Source: an uncultured Actinomycetes bacterium (lineage in GTDB: Bacteria > Actinomycetota > Actinomycetes > Streptosporangiales > Streptosporangiaceae). From it: a DNA stretch of 64,000 nucleotides. Position numbers and translations under genes: made by a program. The stretch covers positions 14,967 through 78,966 of the forward strand of contig CAVTIX010000027.1 of NCBI GenBank assembly GCA_963734725.1. Reading direction: 5' to 3'. Under the pieces are notes generated by a model. It did not search any database, had not been told where the DNA came from, and saw only the letters and a list, made by a program, of their open reading frames with translations. Shown here one piece after another: positions 1 through 10,219 of this stretch (positions are counted from its first letter, which is position 1; each line of letters starts with the position of its first letter).

Positions 1-43
1 TGTACGCCGAGCGGGACTTCGACGCGCTGGAAGCCAGCCCTAG

Positions 44-229
44 CTAACCCGCTTGGGGCAGTGCCTCCGGCTTACGAGCGCGGATGGCGAGGACGACCGG
101 GATCGGAAGGCCCGCGCCGGGGCCGAGCAGGTCCAGCACATTGGCGGCGTTGCGCTCGGCATGTGGCTTGTTCCAGCTGTCGTACCACTCGGCGTACCCG
201 TCGTAGCGCGGCCTGGTAAGCGGCATCAT
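44..229 (-). pseudogene. Remnant of a SAM-dependent methyltransferase (N-terminal ~40 aa kept, catalytic core missing)
   Basis: The 61-aa ORF MMPLTRPRYDGYAEWYDSWNKPHAERNAANVLDLLGPGAGL... looks like the usual N-terminus of actinobacterial class I methyltransferases. The GxGxG SAM-binding core is absent and a short tail leads to a stop. Confidence 0.3.
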
Positions 230-475
230 GGGCTCCTGCCGGTGCGGGGGCGCCTATGCCGAAGCTAGCTCCACACCGGGCGCCAGGCGCGCAGGATTCG
301 TCCTGGGCAGAATCCGCCTGCAAATGAGCGATTGTCGGGGGCACAACCACGGCCACCGCTGGCGCTAGCACGAGCCAGGCGGCCCGATCATAAGCGCAAT
401 CGCGGACGCCGCGGGATTCGAACCGGGCCCTGCTGACCGCCCGCCCCGGCAGCCTGGCCGGTCACGGTGACGGCT

Positions 476-506
476 GGCCCGGCCCCGCGGGCGGCGGGGC
501 CGGGCC
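476..506 (-). terminator. GC-rich hairpin 10 nt downstream of the stop of the 516..2012 gene
   Basis: Perfect 13-bp inverted repeat GGCCCGGCCCCGC / GCGGGGCCGGGCC (476-488 and 494-506) with a 5-nt loop. There is no U-tract, which is common in actinomycetes. Confidence 0.5.
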
Positions 507-515
507 ATAGCCGGT

Positions 516-2012
516 CTAGGGCTCCGGGTCGATTCCGTGCCAGGCGGGCACCTTCACGGTGCGGTGCCCGGGCGTGCCGCCCAGGATGACCTTTCGGAGC
601 GAAACGTCGTTGCGAGTTGTGGTCTCGTACAGCACTCTCTCTGGGTTCGCAACGATCTCGATGTAGTAGGTGCCGTTCGGCACGTGCGTGATATCGAACG
701 ACTGGCCAGCCAGGAATTGGAAGTAGGTGTCACCCCAGCCGAGGGGTAGTTGCTCAGCCACCCACAAGGCCGTAGGCGAGCCACATTGCCCGTCACCGAA
801 TCCCAGGGACGGGGGCTGCCAGACCGCGTGCGGCAGCAGCAAGTTGACCGGGTCGGTGGGCGCGATGCAGAACCCGACCTTCTGGCTGCGCACCGCCACC
901 GACTTGGCCGAATTGAGCAGCGCGTACCGGGCGAACTGCTCGAAGTGCCAGTGGTTGTGGCCCTTCTGGCTGTCGAAGCCCATGGTTCCGGCCCGGACCC
1001 GGCCGATGACGCGCCCGTTTCGCCAGAAATACTGGTAGGCCTTCATCGTTGGTGACCCATTGGAGCGGAACCCCTCGACGTCGAGGGGCCCGTTGCCGCC
1101 GATCCACACCGTCGCCCCGAAATCAAGGTAGTCGTGTGTCTGACGCCTGGGATGGCTCGCAAAGATCCCCCACGACGGCAGCGGCACCAGGTCTGGCAGC
1201 GCGGACTGCGGCGGGTGCCTGAGGGTCGGCGCGTCCGCGGGGAGCGGCGGCGCCGCCGCGCCGCGAGCCGAATGCCGACGGCTCGCAGCGCAGCAACCGG
1301 GGGGCGGGCAGCACTTGGGCGGCTTGGCCACGGTGACCTTGACTGTGGCCGTAGCGTCCTTGGCCGGGATGTGGAACAACCGGACGTATTCGGGGCTGAT
1401 CGTCTCGGTCACGTGATAGACGCCCAACGGCAGTTTGACATCAGTCCCGGAGAACTGGGCCGGGTCGACCGCCCAGCCCTTTTGCACTCCCCACACCATC
1501 GCTAGCTGGAAGGGATCGGCGGCGCACAGCGAGGGGTACGGCGTGGCAGGCGGGCCCCCAGGGCTCACTCGGGCCGGGCTATAGCTATTGGGGCAAAACG
1601 AGGCTGGTCTGGTCAAGACCACCTTGCCGGCCAGGTTCCGGACCGTCAGCACGGTGAATCGCCGCAGGCCGTTCCAGCTGTCCAGGATGCTGGCTGGCAG
1701 CGGCCGGCGCACGATTCCCCCGTACGGCGGGTGAATGATCTGGGTAATCGTTAGGGGCTTGGTGTACGACGCCCGCTGGACATCAAACTCCAGGGGCGAG
1801 GCGAGCGCCGATACCCAGATGCCGGGGTCAAGGAATACCCGGCCGCGGAAGCCGTACAGCGTGACGCTGTGCTGGGCGGCCTCAAGTTTCAGCACCGGAC
1901 CTGGGACCTTGGCAGCGCTGACGGCTGGCACGCCGGGCATGGCGATCGCGGCGACGGCCAGGCCGGCGACGGCCAGGACGCCGCGATGCGGCGCCCACTT
2001 TGTGAATCGCAT
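516..2012 (-). CDS. Secreted lysyl-oxidase-like copper amine oxidase (LOX catalytic domain), paralog 1
   Basis: 498-aa ORF with GGAGG 4 nt upstream of the ATG at 2012 and a signal peptide (LAVAGLAVAAIAMPGVPAVSAAK). The C-terminal block GHNHWHFEQFARYALL...SQKVGFCIAPTD...GDTYFQ...FDITHVPNGTYYIEIVANP...RND aligns by eye to animal LOX (CHQHYHSMDEFSHYDLL...HKASFCLEDT...CYDTY...IDITDVKPGNYILKVSVNP...NN). Confidence 0.8.
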   Translation of the reverse strand: MRFTKWAPHRGVLAVAGLAVAAIAMPGVPAVSAAKVPGPVLKLEAAQHSVTLYGFRGRVFLDPGIWVSALASPLEFDVQRASYTKPLTITQIIHPPYGGIVRRPLPASILDSWNGLRRFTVLTVRNLAGKVVLTRPASFCPNSYSPARVSPGGPPATPYPSLCAADPFQLAMVWGVQKGWAVDPAQFSGTDVKLPLGVYHVTETISPEYVRLFHIPAKDATATVKVTVAKPPKCCPPPGCCAASRRHSARGAAAPPLPADAPTLRHPPQSALPDLVPLPSWGIFASHPRRQTHDYLDFGATVWIGGNGPLDVEGFRSNGSPTMKAYQYFWRNGRVIGRVRAGTMGFDSQKGHNHWHFEQFARYALLNSAKSVAVRSQKVGFCIAPTDPVNLLLPHAVWQPPSLGFGDGQCGSPTALWVAEQLPLGWGDTYFQFLAGQSFDITHVPNGTYYIEIVANPERVLYETTTRNDVSLRKVILGGTPGHRTVKVPAWHGIDPEP

Positions 2013-2334
2013 TCCGCCTCCAGTTCTCCGCCCGCACCCGAAGCGGGCAGATCAATTAATAGACGCTGCGGCGATGCCTCACGTTGCCGCCGTGTCTATT
2101 CCGTGAGCAATACCGGTGACCGCCCGTGACCAATGGCTCGGCCACCCACACTGCCGCCCCCCGGTCGCCTGGCGTTCGGCACGGCCATCCGGCGCGAACG
2201 GAGGTCTGCGAACGGTCCGCGAACGCTGGCGATCTTAACGTTGCTGACCTGAACATCCGCGGCAAAACGAACGCGGCGGCACCCGTTGCCCCAGTTGCCG
2301 GGGCACAGTTCCCCGCGCAGGAAAGGAGCCTTTC

Positions 2335-3146
2335 ATGACAACCGCCTTGTCGCTCGAAGAGGTGAAATCGCGGCAGCAGAAGACCTGGAGCAGCGGCGAT
2401 TACGGGAGGATCGCGTGGATCACCGTCCCGCTGGCCGATGACTTGTGCGAGGCTGCCTGGCGCGGCCCGGCTCGGCCGTGCTCGACGTGGCGACCGGCAC
2501 CGGCCATGTCGCGCTGGCCGCTGCCCGCCGCTTCTGCGCTGCCACCGGGGTTGACTACGTGCCCGCTCTGCTGGAGGAAGCGCGCGCCCGGGCCGCTGCG
2601 GAGCGCTTGCAGGTGGAGTTCCGGGAAGCCGATGCCGAGAACCTGCCCTACCCGGACGCGTCCTTCGACTACGTGCTGTCGGCCATCGGGGTAATGTTCA
2701 CCGCCGACCACCAGCGCGCAGCAGACGAACTGCTGCGGGTGTGCCGCGGCGGCGGTGTGGTGGCGCTGGCAAACTGGACGCCGGCCGGCTTCGTCGGGCA
2801 GATGCTCAAGCTGGTCGGGCGCCATGTCCCACCGCCGCCAGGTATCCGCCCGCCGACCAGCTGGGGGACGGAGCAGGGGGTACGCGAGCTGCTCGGGACC
2901 AGCGCCGGGGAGCTGGCCTTCACCACGGCCAGCGTGCGGCAGCGCTTCCCGTCACCGGAGTTCTTCGCCGACTTCTTCCTGACCAACTACGGGCCCACAT
3001 TCAAAGCGTCCCAAGCGCTCACCCCCGAAGGCCGGGTCGCGTTCCGCGACGACCTCATCGCCCTCGCCACGGCCTCGAACCTCGCGACCGACGGCACGCT
3101 GGTCAACGACTGGGAGTTCCTGGTCACGGTCGCGACCAAAGCATGA
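2335..3146 (+). pseudogene. Class I SAM-dependent methyltransferase, reading frame broken near 2450-2465
   Basis: The N-terminus MTTALSLEEVKSRQQKTWSSGDYGRIAWITVPLADDLCEAA is in frame 1. The rest (LARPGSAVLDVATGTGHVALAAAR...SFDYVLSAIGVMF...) is in the frame of ORF 2445..3146. Together they give a typical full-length methyltransferase only if one frame change is allowed. Confidence 0.6.
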
Positions 3147-3537
3147 CGACCGCACCATCGCGGCCGTGACTACGGGTGGCCGATTCGGTCCTGTCAAAGC
3201 ACGTGCGCGCCCTCCGCGAGGCCGGTTATGTGGCTATCCACCAGGCCCACCTGCGCCTCGCGGGTGCGGACTAGCCTTTCGCTGACCAAAGCGGCGTCTT
3301 GCGTCAGCCGGGTTTGCGGGCCATTACCACCTCGGTGTCGCCCGGCCAGTCCCAGAAAATGCCCTCGGCGGAACGGTTCGCAAGCAGCGCCCGCACGTCC
3401 CTGGCGAAGTCGTCAAGACGATCATCAAACAGGCGCGGCGCTGCGGATGAGAGGGAAAAGAGGCAGAGCCGAGGTAGATGGTCGGGTCATATGGCACCGC
3501 GCCAGTGTCCCTGAGGCCGTGCAGGCGCAGGCTGCCT

Positions 3538-5847
3538 TCAGCGCTTGCGGAATGTAGCGGTGTAGGTGGTGTTCGCTGCGGGGGCAGTTACGGTGTGGCT
3601 CCGCGTGCCGCCGTCCGACCACTTCGAGAAGTAGTACCTGGCCTGGTTGAACCACTGTGGCGACCGCGCGCTGACCGTGTTCGCCGAGCCGATGACCACT
3701 CTCACGGAGAACGGCGTCCTGTGTCGCGCCTCGTTCACCACCAAGTGGAGGACGGCGCCTATCGGGAGGGTCTTGAACCTGAGCACGACCGTCTTCGGGT
3801 TCAGCCGGACGCTAGTCGTTGAGGTCAGCCCGCCCGAATCCGTCGCGGTCAGTTGCAGTTCTAGCCAGCACGGGTATTGGTGGTCTGGGGCGCTCAATGA
3901 TCCGCTGGCGACACCGGTGAAGCTCCCGAGCATGTGCGTGTGGCAGTTGGTCGGCGTGAAGCAGTGATGAAGGATCAGCGACCAGCTCAACGCCGACGCT
4001 GGCAAGGTCCCGTCCTGCGCATCGGTAGCGTGGCCGGAGAACTTAATACTGTCGCCGACCTTCCAGGTCAGGGTGGGCAGGGGCGAGTCGATGGTCGCGG
4101 TCGGCGCGGTGTTGCCGGCCGTGACGGTGGCTGATGCCGTGTCGCTGGCGCCCTGGTCGTCGGTGACCCGCAGGCTTGGGTGGTAGACGCCTGCCGTGGT
4201 GTAGGTGTAGGACGCCGTCGGGCCCGTCGCATCGCCGAATGTCCCGTCGCCGTTGAGGTCCCACGAGTAGCTCAGCGGCTTGCCCTCCGGGTCAGATGAG
4301 CCGGTGCCGTCGAAGCTGACCGTCAGCGGTGCGGGGCCGCTGGTGGGGCTGGCCGTGATTGCCGCGGTCGGCGGCTGGTTGGCGGCGGTGTAGGTGACGC
4401 GGTGCACGGTGCCGTCGTCCATGTCGACGTAGAACAGGTCACCGCCGGGGCCGATCTTCAGGTCGACCGGGTGCCCGGCGGCACCGCCCGCCGCGTTGAC
4501 GCCGATGAACGACTGCAGCCGGGACGGGTTGGGCAACCCGTTCGTACCTGGGAGCATTGCCCAGATCTCGTTGCGGGTGTGGTCGGCGAAGAACAGCGCC
4601 CCCTTGTACTTCGCCGGATAGGACCCGCCCTGGTAGAACGCCACGCCGGTGATGGACGAGCCGCCGGTGTGGCAGCCGGTGTAGTTCACCACGCAAGCGC
4701 TGTGGTTATAGGTGTAGTACGGCGCGACGACCGAACCGGGCGTCGAGTACAGGGATGAGCACAGATTCAGGCCGGCCGCCCGGTAACCGCTCTGGGGTGA
4801 GGCGCCCTCATAGCACGGCCAGCCGAAGTTCGACGCGGTCGCACCGGCCGGCGACACCACGCGGTTGATCTCTTCCCAGGTGTTCCAGCCGACATCGCCG
4901 ATCCACAGCTCGTCGGTGCCTGGGCGCTGGGTGAAGCGGAACGGGTTGCGCAGCCCGTAGGCCACGATCCGCCGTGCGTTGGGATCTGATGAGGAGTAGA
5001 ACGGGTTGCCGGGCACACCCGCGCCGGTGGCGGGGTCGATTCGCAGCACCGCGCCGTTGAGGGTTGCCGGGCCGTCGGCGCGCCGCACGCTCTGGCTGCG
5101 CAGCGCGCCGCCCTCTGCCCTGGGCGGGGTCAGCGCGGTGCCCACCGCAGCGGGCGGATCGGCGCAGGGATTTGCCTGGTCGCCGGCATAATTCGCCCCG
5201 TACTGGCCGTAGTCGACGTTGTTGAAACTGGCGCCGTCGCCGCCACTGGCGTAAAGGTTACCGTCGCGCCCGAAGAGCAGCGTGCCGATCGAGTGGCTGG
5301 GGAACTGCTGGCACCAGCCGTTGACGAGCACCTGTTCGGGACCGGTCATGACGTTCCCGCTGATCTGCAGCCGCGACACGCGCGCGGACACGACGCAGCC
5401 GTCGGTAGTCGGCCCAGGCGGTGTTGGGCAACCGTCGTTCCACGTCGGCGCGGTGCCGCCGATCGGAGCGTCATACGTGTAGAGAACATAGACGTAAGGG
5501 CTTGCCGGGAAGTTGGGGGGGAGCGCTAGGCCGAGCAGGCCACGATCCCAGTAATCGTCAACCTCACCCGACAGGTCAGCAAAGGTGACCGGGTTCGTGT
5601 CGGTCAGGCTCTGAAAGACCTTGATCACGCCGTTCTTCTGGCCTACGAAGATCCGCCCATCGGCTGCGAATTGCATCACCGTCGGGTTGGTAAGCCCGCT
5701 CAGCACCACCGAGTCACGGAACCCGCTGGGCAACGTTGACGCGCCTGCCGGGCTCGGCCCCGCCTGCATGACCAGCGCGGCGCCAGACGCCACCACCGCA
5801 GTGAGAATCAGCCCACGCCAACGCGGGGCACTCCCGACACGCCGCAT
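3538..5847 (-). CDS. Secreted PQQ-dependent sugar (glucose/sorbosone) dehydrogenase with PKD domain(s)
   Basis: Long ORF whose likely start is the ATG at 5847 (MRRVGSAPRWRGLILTAVVASGAALVMQ, signal-like). It has beta-propeller motifs (GLRNPFRF, WIGDVGWNTWEEIN) and a PKD-like segment (PLTVSFDGTGSSDPEGKPLSYSWDLNGDGTFGD...VTDDQGASD). Confidence 0.8.
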   Translation of the reverse strand: MRRVGSAPRWRGLILTAVVASGAALVMQAGPSPAGASTLPSGFRDSVVLSGLTNPTVMQFAADGRIFVGQKNGVIKVFQSLTDTNPVTFADLSGEVDDYWDRGLLGLALPPNFPASPYVYVLYTYDAPIGGTAPTWNDGCPTPPGPTTDGCVVSARVSRLQISGNVMTGPEQVLVNGWCQQFPSHSIGTLLFGRDGNLYASGGDGASFNNVDYGQYGANYAGDQANPCADPPAAVGTALTPPRAEGGALRSQSVRRADGPATLNGAVLRIDPATGAGVPGNPFYSSSDPNARRIVAYGLRNPFRFTQRPGTDELWIGDVGWNTWEEINRVVSPAGATASNFGWPCYEGASPQSGYRAAGLNLCSSLYSTPGSVVAPYYTYNHSACVVNYTGCHTGGSSITGVAFYQGGSYPAKYKGALFFADHTRNEIWAMLPGTNGLPNPSRLQSFIGVNAAGGAAGHPVDLKIGPGGDLFYVDMDDGTVHRVTYTAANQPPTAAITASPTSGPAPLTVSFDGTGSSDPEGKPLSYSWDLNGDGTFGDATGPTASYTYTTAGVYHPSLRVTDDQGASDTASATVTAGNTAPTATIDSPLPTLTWKVGDSIKFSGHATDAQDGTLPASALSWSLILHHCFTPTNCHTHMLGSFTGVASGSLSAPDHQYPCWLELQLTATDSGGLTSTTSVRLNPKTVVLRFKTLPIGAVLHLVVNEARHRTPFSVRVVIGSANTVSARSPQWFNQARYYFSKWSDGGTRSHTVTAPAANTTYTATFRKR

Positions 5848-6114
5848 GTCACCCCCAGCAACCCAGTGCACCGCGCACGACCGCCTCCGGGCCACGCTGA
5901 TACCTCGCCGGACACGCCATGCAGCCGATTTAGGCATCCTCCTACGGACGTAAAATCGCGGTCAAGCGTCCCGCGCGCCCACCGGGCTTCCGGAGCAGAA
6001 AACCGCGATCCGAAAGCTGACAGGCCGCTGTACCCTTTCCGCGGTGCGCATTCGGCAGAGCCTGCCCGGGTGGCTGTGCCTGGTGCGGGGAATTATCTTC
6101 GCTGCGGGAAAGGG

Positions 6115-6615
6115 GTGGTGGGCGTGGAGCCGGGCCAGCGGCCGCAGAGCTATCCACTCAAGCGGCACGACAGTGAGGCGGCGCAGCAGATGGTGGTCCG
6201 CGCGGCGGAACTGGCCCACGATTCGCACGCCCGCACCCGGCACGCGGCGGTGCTGGTGAAGGATGGCAGCCTGCTGGCGTGGGGAACTAATGGGGTGCCG
6301 TTTCCCGGGGAAGATCACTGCTACTGCAAGGCCGGGGAGTCCGGCCACCATGACCGATGCCGGACGCACGCCGAGCAACGGGCGATCACGCTAGCCCGCG
6401 AGGGTGATGGCTGGCGGAAGCTGTCAGGATCACAGCTGATCTATGTGCGGCTGGAGGCGGACGACTCGGTCCGGCTGACCGAGCCGCACTTTTGCGCCCG
6501 ATGCAGCCGCCTGGCGCTGTCCCTAGGTGTGGCGCAGTGGATCTTCGCCCTGTCCGAAGGCCTGGTTGGATACTCCTCGGCCGACTATGACACCATCGCT
6601 GCGCTCAGGTGGTAG
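6115..6615 (+). CDS. Cytidine/deoxycytidylate deaminase-family zinc protein
   Basis: Carries the zinc motif HAEQRAI and a downstream C-x-x-C (HFCARCS). A GTG at 6115/6118 is preceded by GGGAAAGGG. An ATG at 6190 is an alternative start. Confidence 0.6.
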   Translation: MVGVEPGQRPQSYPLKRHDSEAAQQMVVRAAELAHDSHARTRHAAVLVKDGSLLAWGTNGVPFPGEDHCYCKAGESGHHDRCRTHAEQRAITLAREGDGWRKLSGSQLIYVRLEADDSVRLTEPHFCARCSRLALSLGVAQWIFALSEGLVGYSSADYDTIAALRW

Positions 6616-6624
6616 CGGCCGCCG

Positions 6625-7894
6625 ATGACCGTCTCTTTGCGCACGGTAATCCGTCCGGGCCTGCTGCTCGATGTGGTGACCGGGGAGCTGCTGCAAGACC
6701 GCGCTGTTGTCATCGACGGCAACCGCATCGCCGGTGTTGTCGCAGCTGGCGATGCGCCCGCCGAGGGCCCTGCCGTCGTGGACCTGCCGGGCCGGACGGC
6801 GCTGCCTGGCATGATCGACTGTCACACTCACCTGATCGGCGAACCCGATAGCGGGCACGGGTACGCGGACCTGCTGGCGCGGACCGGCGCCCAGGAGGCG
6901 TTGTCGGGTGCGCGCAATGCGCGGGACACCCTGCTGGCTGGCTTCACCACGGTGCGTGATGTGGGCACGTTCCGAGCCTTTGTCGAACGTCGCGTTGCGC
7001 GATGCTATCGACGCGGGCTGGGTTGCTGGTCCCCGGATGCGGGTCGCGGGGGCGTACGTGACCTGTTCCGGCGGGGGTGGCGACATTACCGGGCTGGCCC
7101 CCGACGTCGATGCGGTCGTGCCGCATGAGTTCCGGGTTGGGGTGGCCGACTCAGTCGATGACATGCGCCGGGCAGTACGCCGGGTGCTGCACGGCGGCGC
7201 GGACTTCGTGAAACTGATCGCTACCGGCGCTGTGATGGCGCCGGGAGGCGTGCCCGGCGCCCCGGAGCTCACCGAGGAACAGATCCGGGCCGCCGTCGAG
7301 GAAGCGTCACTTTCCGGCGCGGATGTCGCCGCCCACGCGCACGGCGCCGAGGGCGTCAAGCGCGCCGTGCGCGCCGGGGTGCGCTCCATCGAGCACGGCT
7401 CGCTCATGGACGATGAGTCAATCCAGATGATGGCCGCTGCCGGGACGTTCCTGGTCGCCGACGTTTACAACGGTGACTACATCGCCCAGACCGGCCGCGA
7501 ACAGGGCTGGCGTGCCGACGTGCTGGCCAAGAACGACCAGACGACCCTCGCGCAGCGAGAAGGGTTCACCAAGTGCCTGACCGCCGGCGTGCGTATCGCA
7601 TTCGGTACTGACAGCGGCATCTACCCGCACGGCCTCAACGCCCGCCAGTTCGCCTACCAGGTCCGCTGCGGCCAAAGCCCGCTCGCCGCGATCCAGTCCG
7701 CCACCATCCAGGCAGCCGAACTGATCCGCTCGGCTGATCGGATCGGCCGTATCGCGCCCGGGTGCCTCGCCGACGTCATCGCCGTGAACGGCAACCCGCT
7801 GCACGACATACGCCTGCTCGAGAACGCCGTCTTCGTCATGAAGGACGGCGTCATCCAGCATCACCACCCTGACACACAGGCAGCCCAGGTCTAG
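6625..7894 (+). pseudogene. Amidohydrolase (imidazolonepropionase/prolidase-like metal hydrolase), frame broken near 6975-6990
   Basis: The N-terminal part (…LPGMIDCHTHLIGEPD…LLAGFTTVRDVGTFRAF) is in ORF 6625..7128. The continuation (NVALRDAIDAGWVAGPRM…HAHGAEGVKRAVRAGVRSIEHGS…AFGTDSG…) is in ORF 6908..7894. One base around gtcgaacgtc restores a single ~420-aa protein. Confidence 0.65.
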
Positions 7895-8005
7895 GGCCAG
7901 CTGCCACCGCCGGTACTCAACTCGACGACTTCGCGGCAGGTCCGTGCGTTCGGCTGGAGGCGTCGTTGCGAATGGTTATACGGCGATCGAGTTTCCCGGG
8001 GTCTA

Positions 8006-9724
8006 TCAGATGAGTTCGAGCTGTGGGTATTCGGGCGCCCACATGGCCGCGCGGACCTGCCTATCCGGGTCGGGCAATGACGCCTGGGCCAGGGCATCGG
8101 CCTGCGCCGCGCGGGCGACGGCCGCCGCGACAGCGGCAGACACCGTGCGCAATCTGGTGACGGACGGCAGCAGCGGGGCGCCTGGCTGGGTCGCATCGGA
8201 CAGGGAGGCGACCGCGCCGGCCGCGGCGGCGAGCATGCCGTCGCTCACCCGGCGAGCCCGCGCCACTGTCACCCCCAGGCCAAGCCCGGGAAAAATGAGC
8301 GCGTTGTTCGCCTGGGCGATCTGATAGCTCCGGCCGTCGTAGCTGACCGGGGGAAACGGGCTGCCGGTCGCTACCAATGCCCGCCCGCCGGTCCAGCGGA
8401 TAAGGTCAGCCGGGTGGGCCTCGGACAGCGAGGTCGGATTCGACAGCGGCATGATGATGGGCCGCTCGGTGTGGGCGGCCATGCCGCGGACCAAGTTCTC
8501 AGTGAACGTTCCGGTCTGCGTAGAGGTGCCTATGAGCATGGTTGGACGGGCGTGAGCTACCACCTCGGCCAGGTCGATCCGCCCGCTGGCGTCGCGCTGC
8601 CAGCCTGCCACCTCCGCGGCGGGACGGGCATAGCCAACCTGGAAGTCCCGCATGGTGGCCTGGTCGCTGGTGAGCAGTCCGTTGCGGCCGGTCGCGTAGA
8701 AGCGCGCAGTGGCCTCGTCCGGGCTCAGCCCGTCGTCAATCATCACCTGCCGCAGCGCGCTGGCGATCCCGATCCCGGCCGTCCCGGCACCATGGATCAC
8801 CACCGTCTGGTCGCGCATCCGTATCCCGGCCGCCCGGACGGCGGTGAATGCGGCAGCCAGTACCACCGCCGCCGTGCCCTGCATGTCGTCGTTGAACGTG
8901 CAGCAGACGGGAGCGTACCGCTCCAGGACGCGGCGCGCGTTGTCTGTGCCGAGGTCCTCCCAGTGCAGCATGGCGTGCGGAAACAGCCTCGTGGCCGCGG
9001 TCACGTAGGTGTCGATCAGCTTGTCGTAGGCCTCCCCCCGGACCCGGGGGTGCCGGTTTCCGAGGTACATCTCGTCGCCGAGCAGCGCAGGGTTGTCGGT
9101 GCCGCAGTCCAGCACGACCGGTATGACCCGACGCGGGTGCAGCCCGGCCGCGGCGATGTAGACGGCCAGTTTGCCGATTGCGATCTGGATACCACCCACG
9201 CCCCAGTCGCCGATACCGAGGATGCCCTCAGCGTCGGTAGCCACGATCAGGTTAACATCGTCCGGGCCTAGCCCGGTATTGGCTAGCGCGGTCTCCAGCT
9301 CATCCACGTCGTGGATCGAGAGATAGACCCCACGCGGGCGGCCGAACTCATAGCTGAACCGTTCGATCGCCGTACCCACCGTCGGGGTGTACACGATGGG
9401 AAGCATCTCCTCGATGTGCTCGCACAGCAGCCGGTAGAACAGCACCTCATTGCGATCCCGCAGGGCCGCCAGGTACCCGTTCTTGGCCAGGTCATCCGGC
9501 TGGCGCTGGTACTGGCCATACACCCGGCGCAGCTGGGCCTCCATCGTCGATACCGCGCTCGGCAGGAGCCCGGTCAGCCCCAGCGCCTTACGCTGCTCCA
9601 GACTGAACGCTGTCCCCCGGTTGAGCAGCGGCGACGACAGCACCAGGCCACCGCGCGCCCGCGCCTGTACCACCCACCGGTCACCGGCACGCACCAGTTC
9701 AAACGGTCGGTCTATCCTCACCAT
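8006..9724 (-). CDS. NAD(P)-dependent malic enzyme
   Basis: Intact 572-aa ORF with family hallmarks: LLNRGTAFSLEQRKALGLTGLLP, VYTPTVG, FNDDMQGTAAV, and the Rossmann motif IHGAGTAGIGIA. Confidence 0.9.
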   Translation of the reverse strand: MVRIDRPFELVRAGDRWVVQARARGGLVLSSPLLNRGTAFSLEQRKALGLTGLLPSAVSTMEAQLRRVYGQYQRQPDDLAKNGYLAALRDRNEVLFYRLLCEHIEEMLPIVYTPTVGTAIERFSYEFGRPRGVYLSIHDVDELETALANTGLGPDDVNLIVATDAEGILGIGDWGVGGIQIAIGKLAVYIAAAGLHPRRVIPVVLDCGTDNPALLGDEMYLGNRHPRVRGEAYDKLIDTYVTAATRLFPHAMLHWEDLGTDNARRVLERYAPVCCTFNDDMQGTAAVVLAAAFTAVRAAGIRMRDQTVVIHGAGTAGIGIASALRQVMIDDGLSPDEATARFYATGRNGLLTSDQATMRDFQVGYARPAAEVAGWQRDASGRIDLAEVVAHARPTMLIGTSTQTGTFTENLVRGMAAHTERPIIMPLSNPTSLSEAHPADLIRWTGGRALVATGSPFPPVSYDGRSYQIAQANNALIFPGLGLGVTVARARRVSDGMLAAAAGAVASLSDATQPGAPLLPSVTRLRTVSAAVAAAVARAAQADALAQASLPDPDRQVRAAMWAPEYPQLELI

Positions 9725-9916
9725 CTCGCAGTCGCCTCCTCACCCGGCGTCCCTGGTCGCCTTGGTTACGAATCTTGCTCGCCTGGATCTGTCCGGCCTC
9801 CGGCTGGCCCGCTCATCGAGAGGGTGCTGTTCTACCGATCCCTCAGCTCCGCTCCAGGCTTGCGACGCCGCGCCCCCCATCTTCCTAACGAGTGCCATGT
9901 CAAACGGAGGTCCGGG

Positions 9917-10159
9917 ATGCTGGAAACCATAACCGCCATGGTTGAGACCGCCGATGGGAGAACCTTGGAGGTCCTGATCAGCGGACCGGACGACGGGCTA
10001 CCCCTGCTCTTCCATAGGGGCACCCCGCAGAGAGCTGTCCCATTCGGAATCCTTGAGCGCCCGGCCGTTGCCCGGAACCTAGCGTTATCACCTAATCCCG
10101 CCCCGGGTCTTGCCAGCGGCCAGGGGCCCGCTGCCGCGGGCACGCTCAAAGGAGGATGA
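9917..10159 (+). pseudogene. N-terminal remnant of an alpha/beta hydrolase
   Basis: GGAGG lies 6 nt upstream of the ATG at 9917. MLETITAMVETADGRTLEVLISGPDDGLPLLFHRGTP is a typical alpha/beta-hydrolase start. The sequence then loses similarity and stops after 80 aa with no nucleophile elbow. Confidence 0.3.
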
Positions 10160-10219
10160 GCCGGCGGCGGCCGTTAGGGTAGTCGCGGGCAAGCAACGCG
10201 CCGCAAGGCGGAGGCAGCG

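Noticed and set aside
3-47. Possible 3' end of a plus-strand CDS entering from the left edge (…YAERDFDALEASPS*)
   Set aside because: Only 14 codons are visible, too little to support any call.
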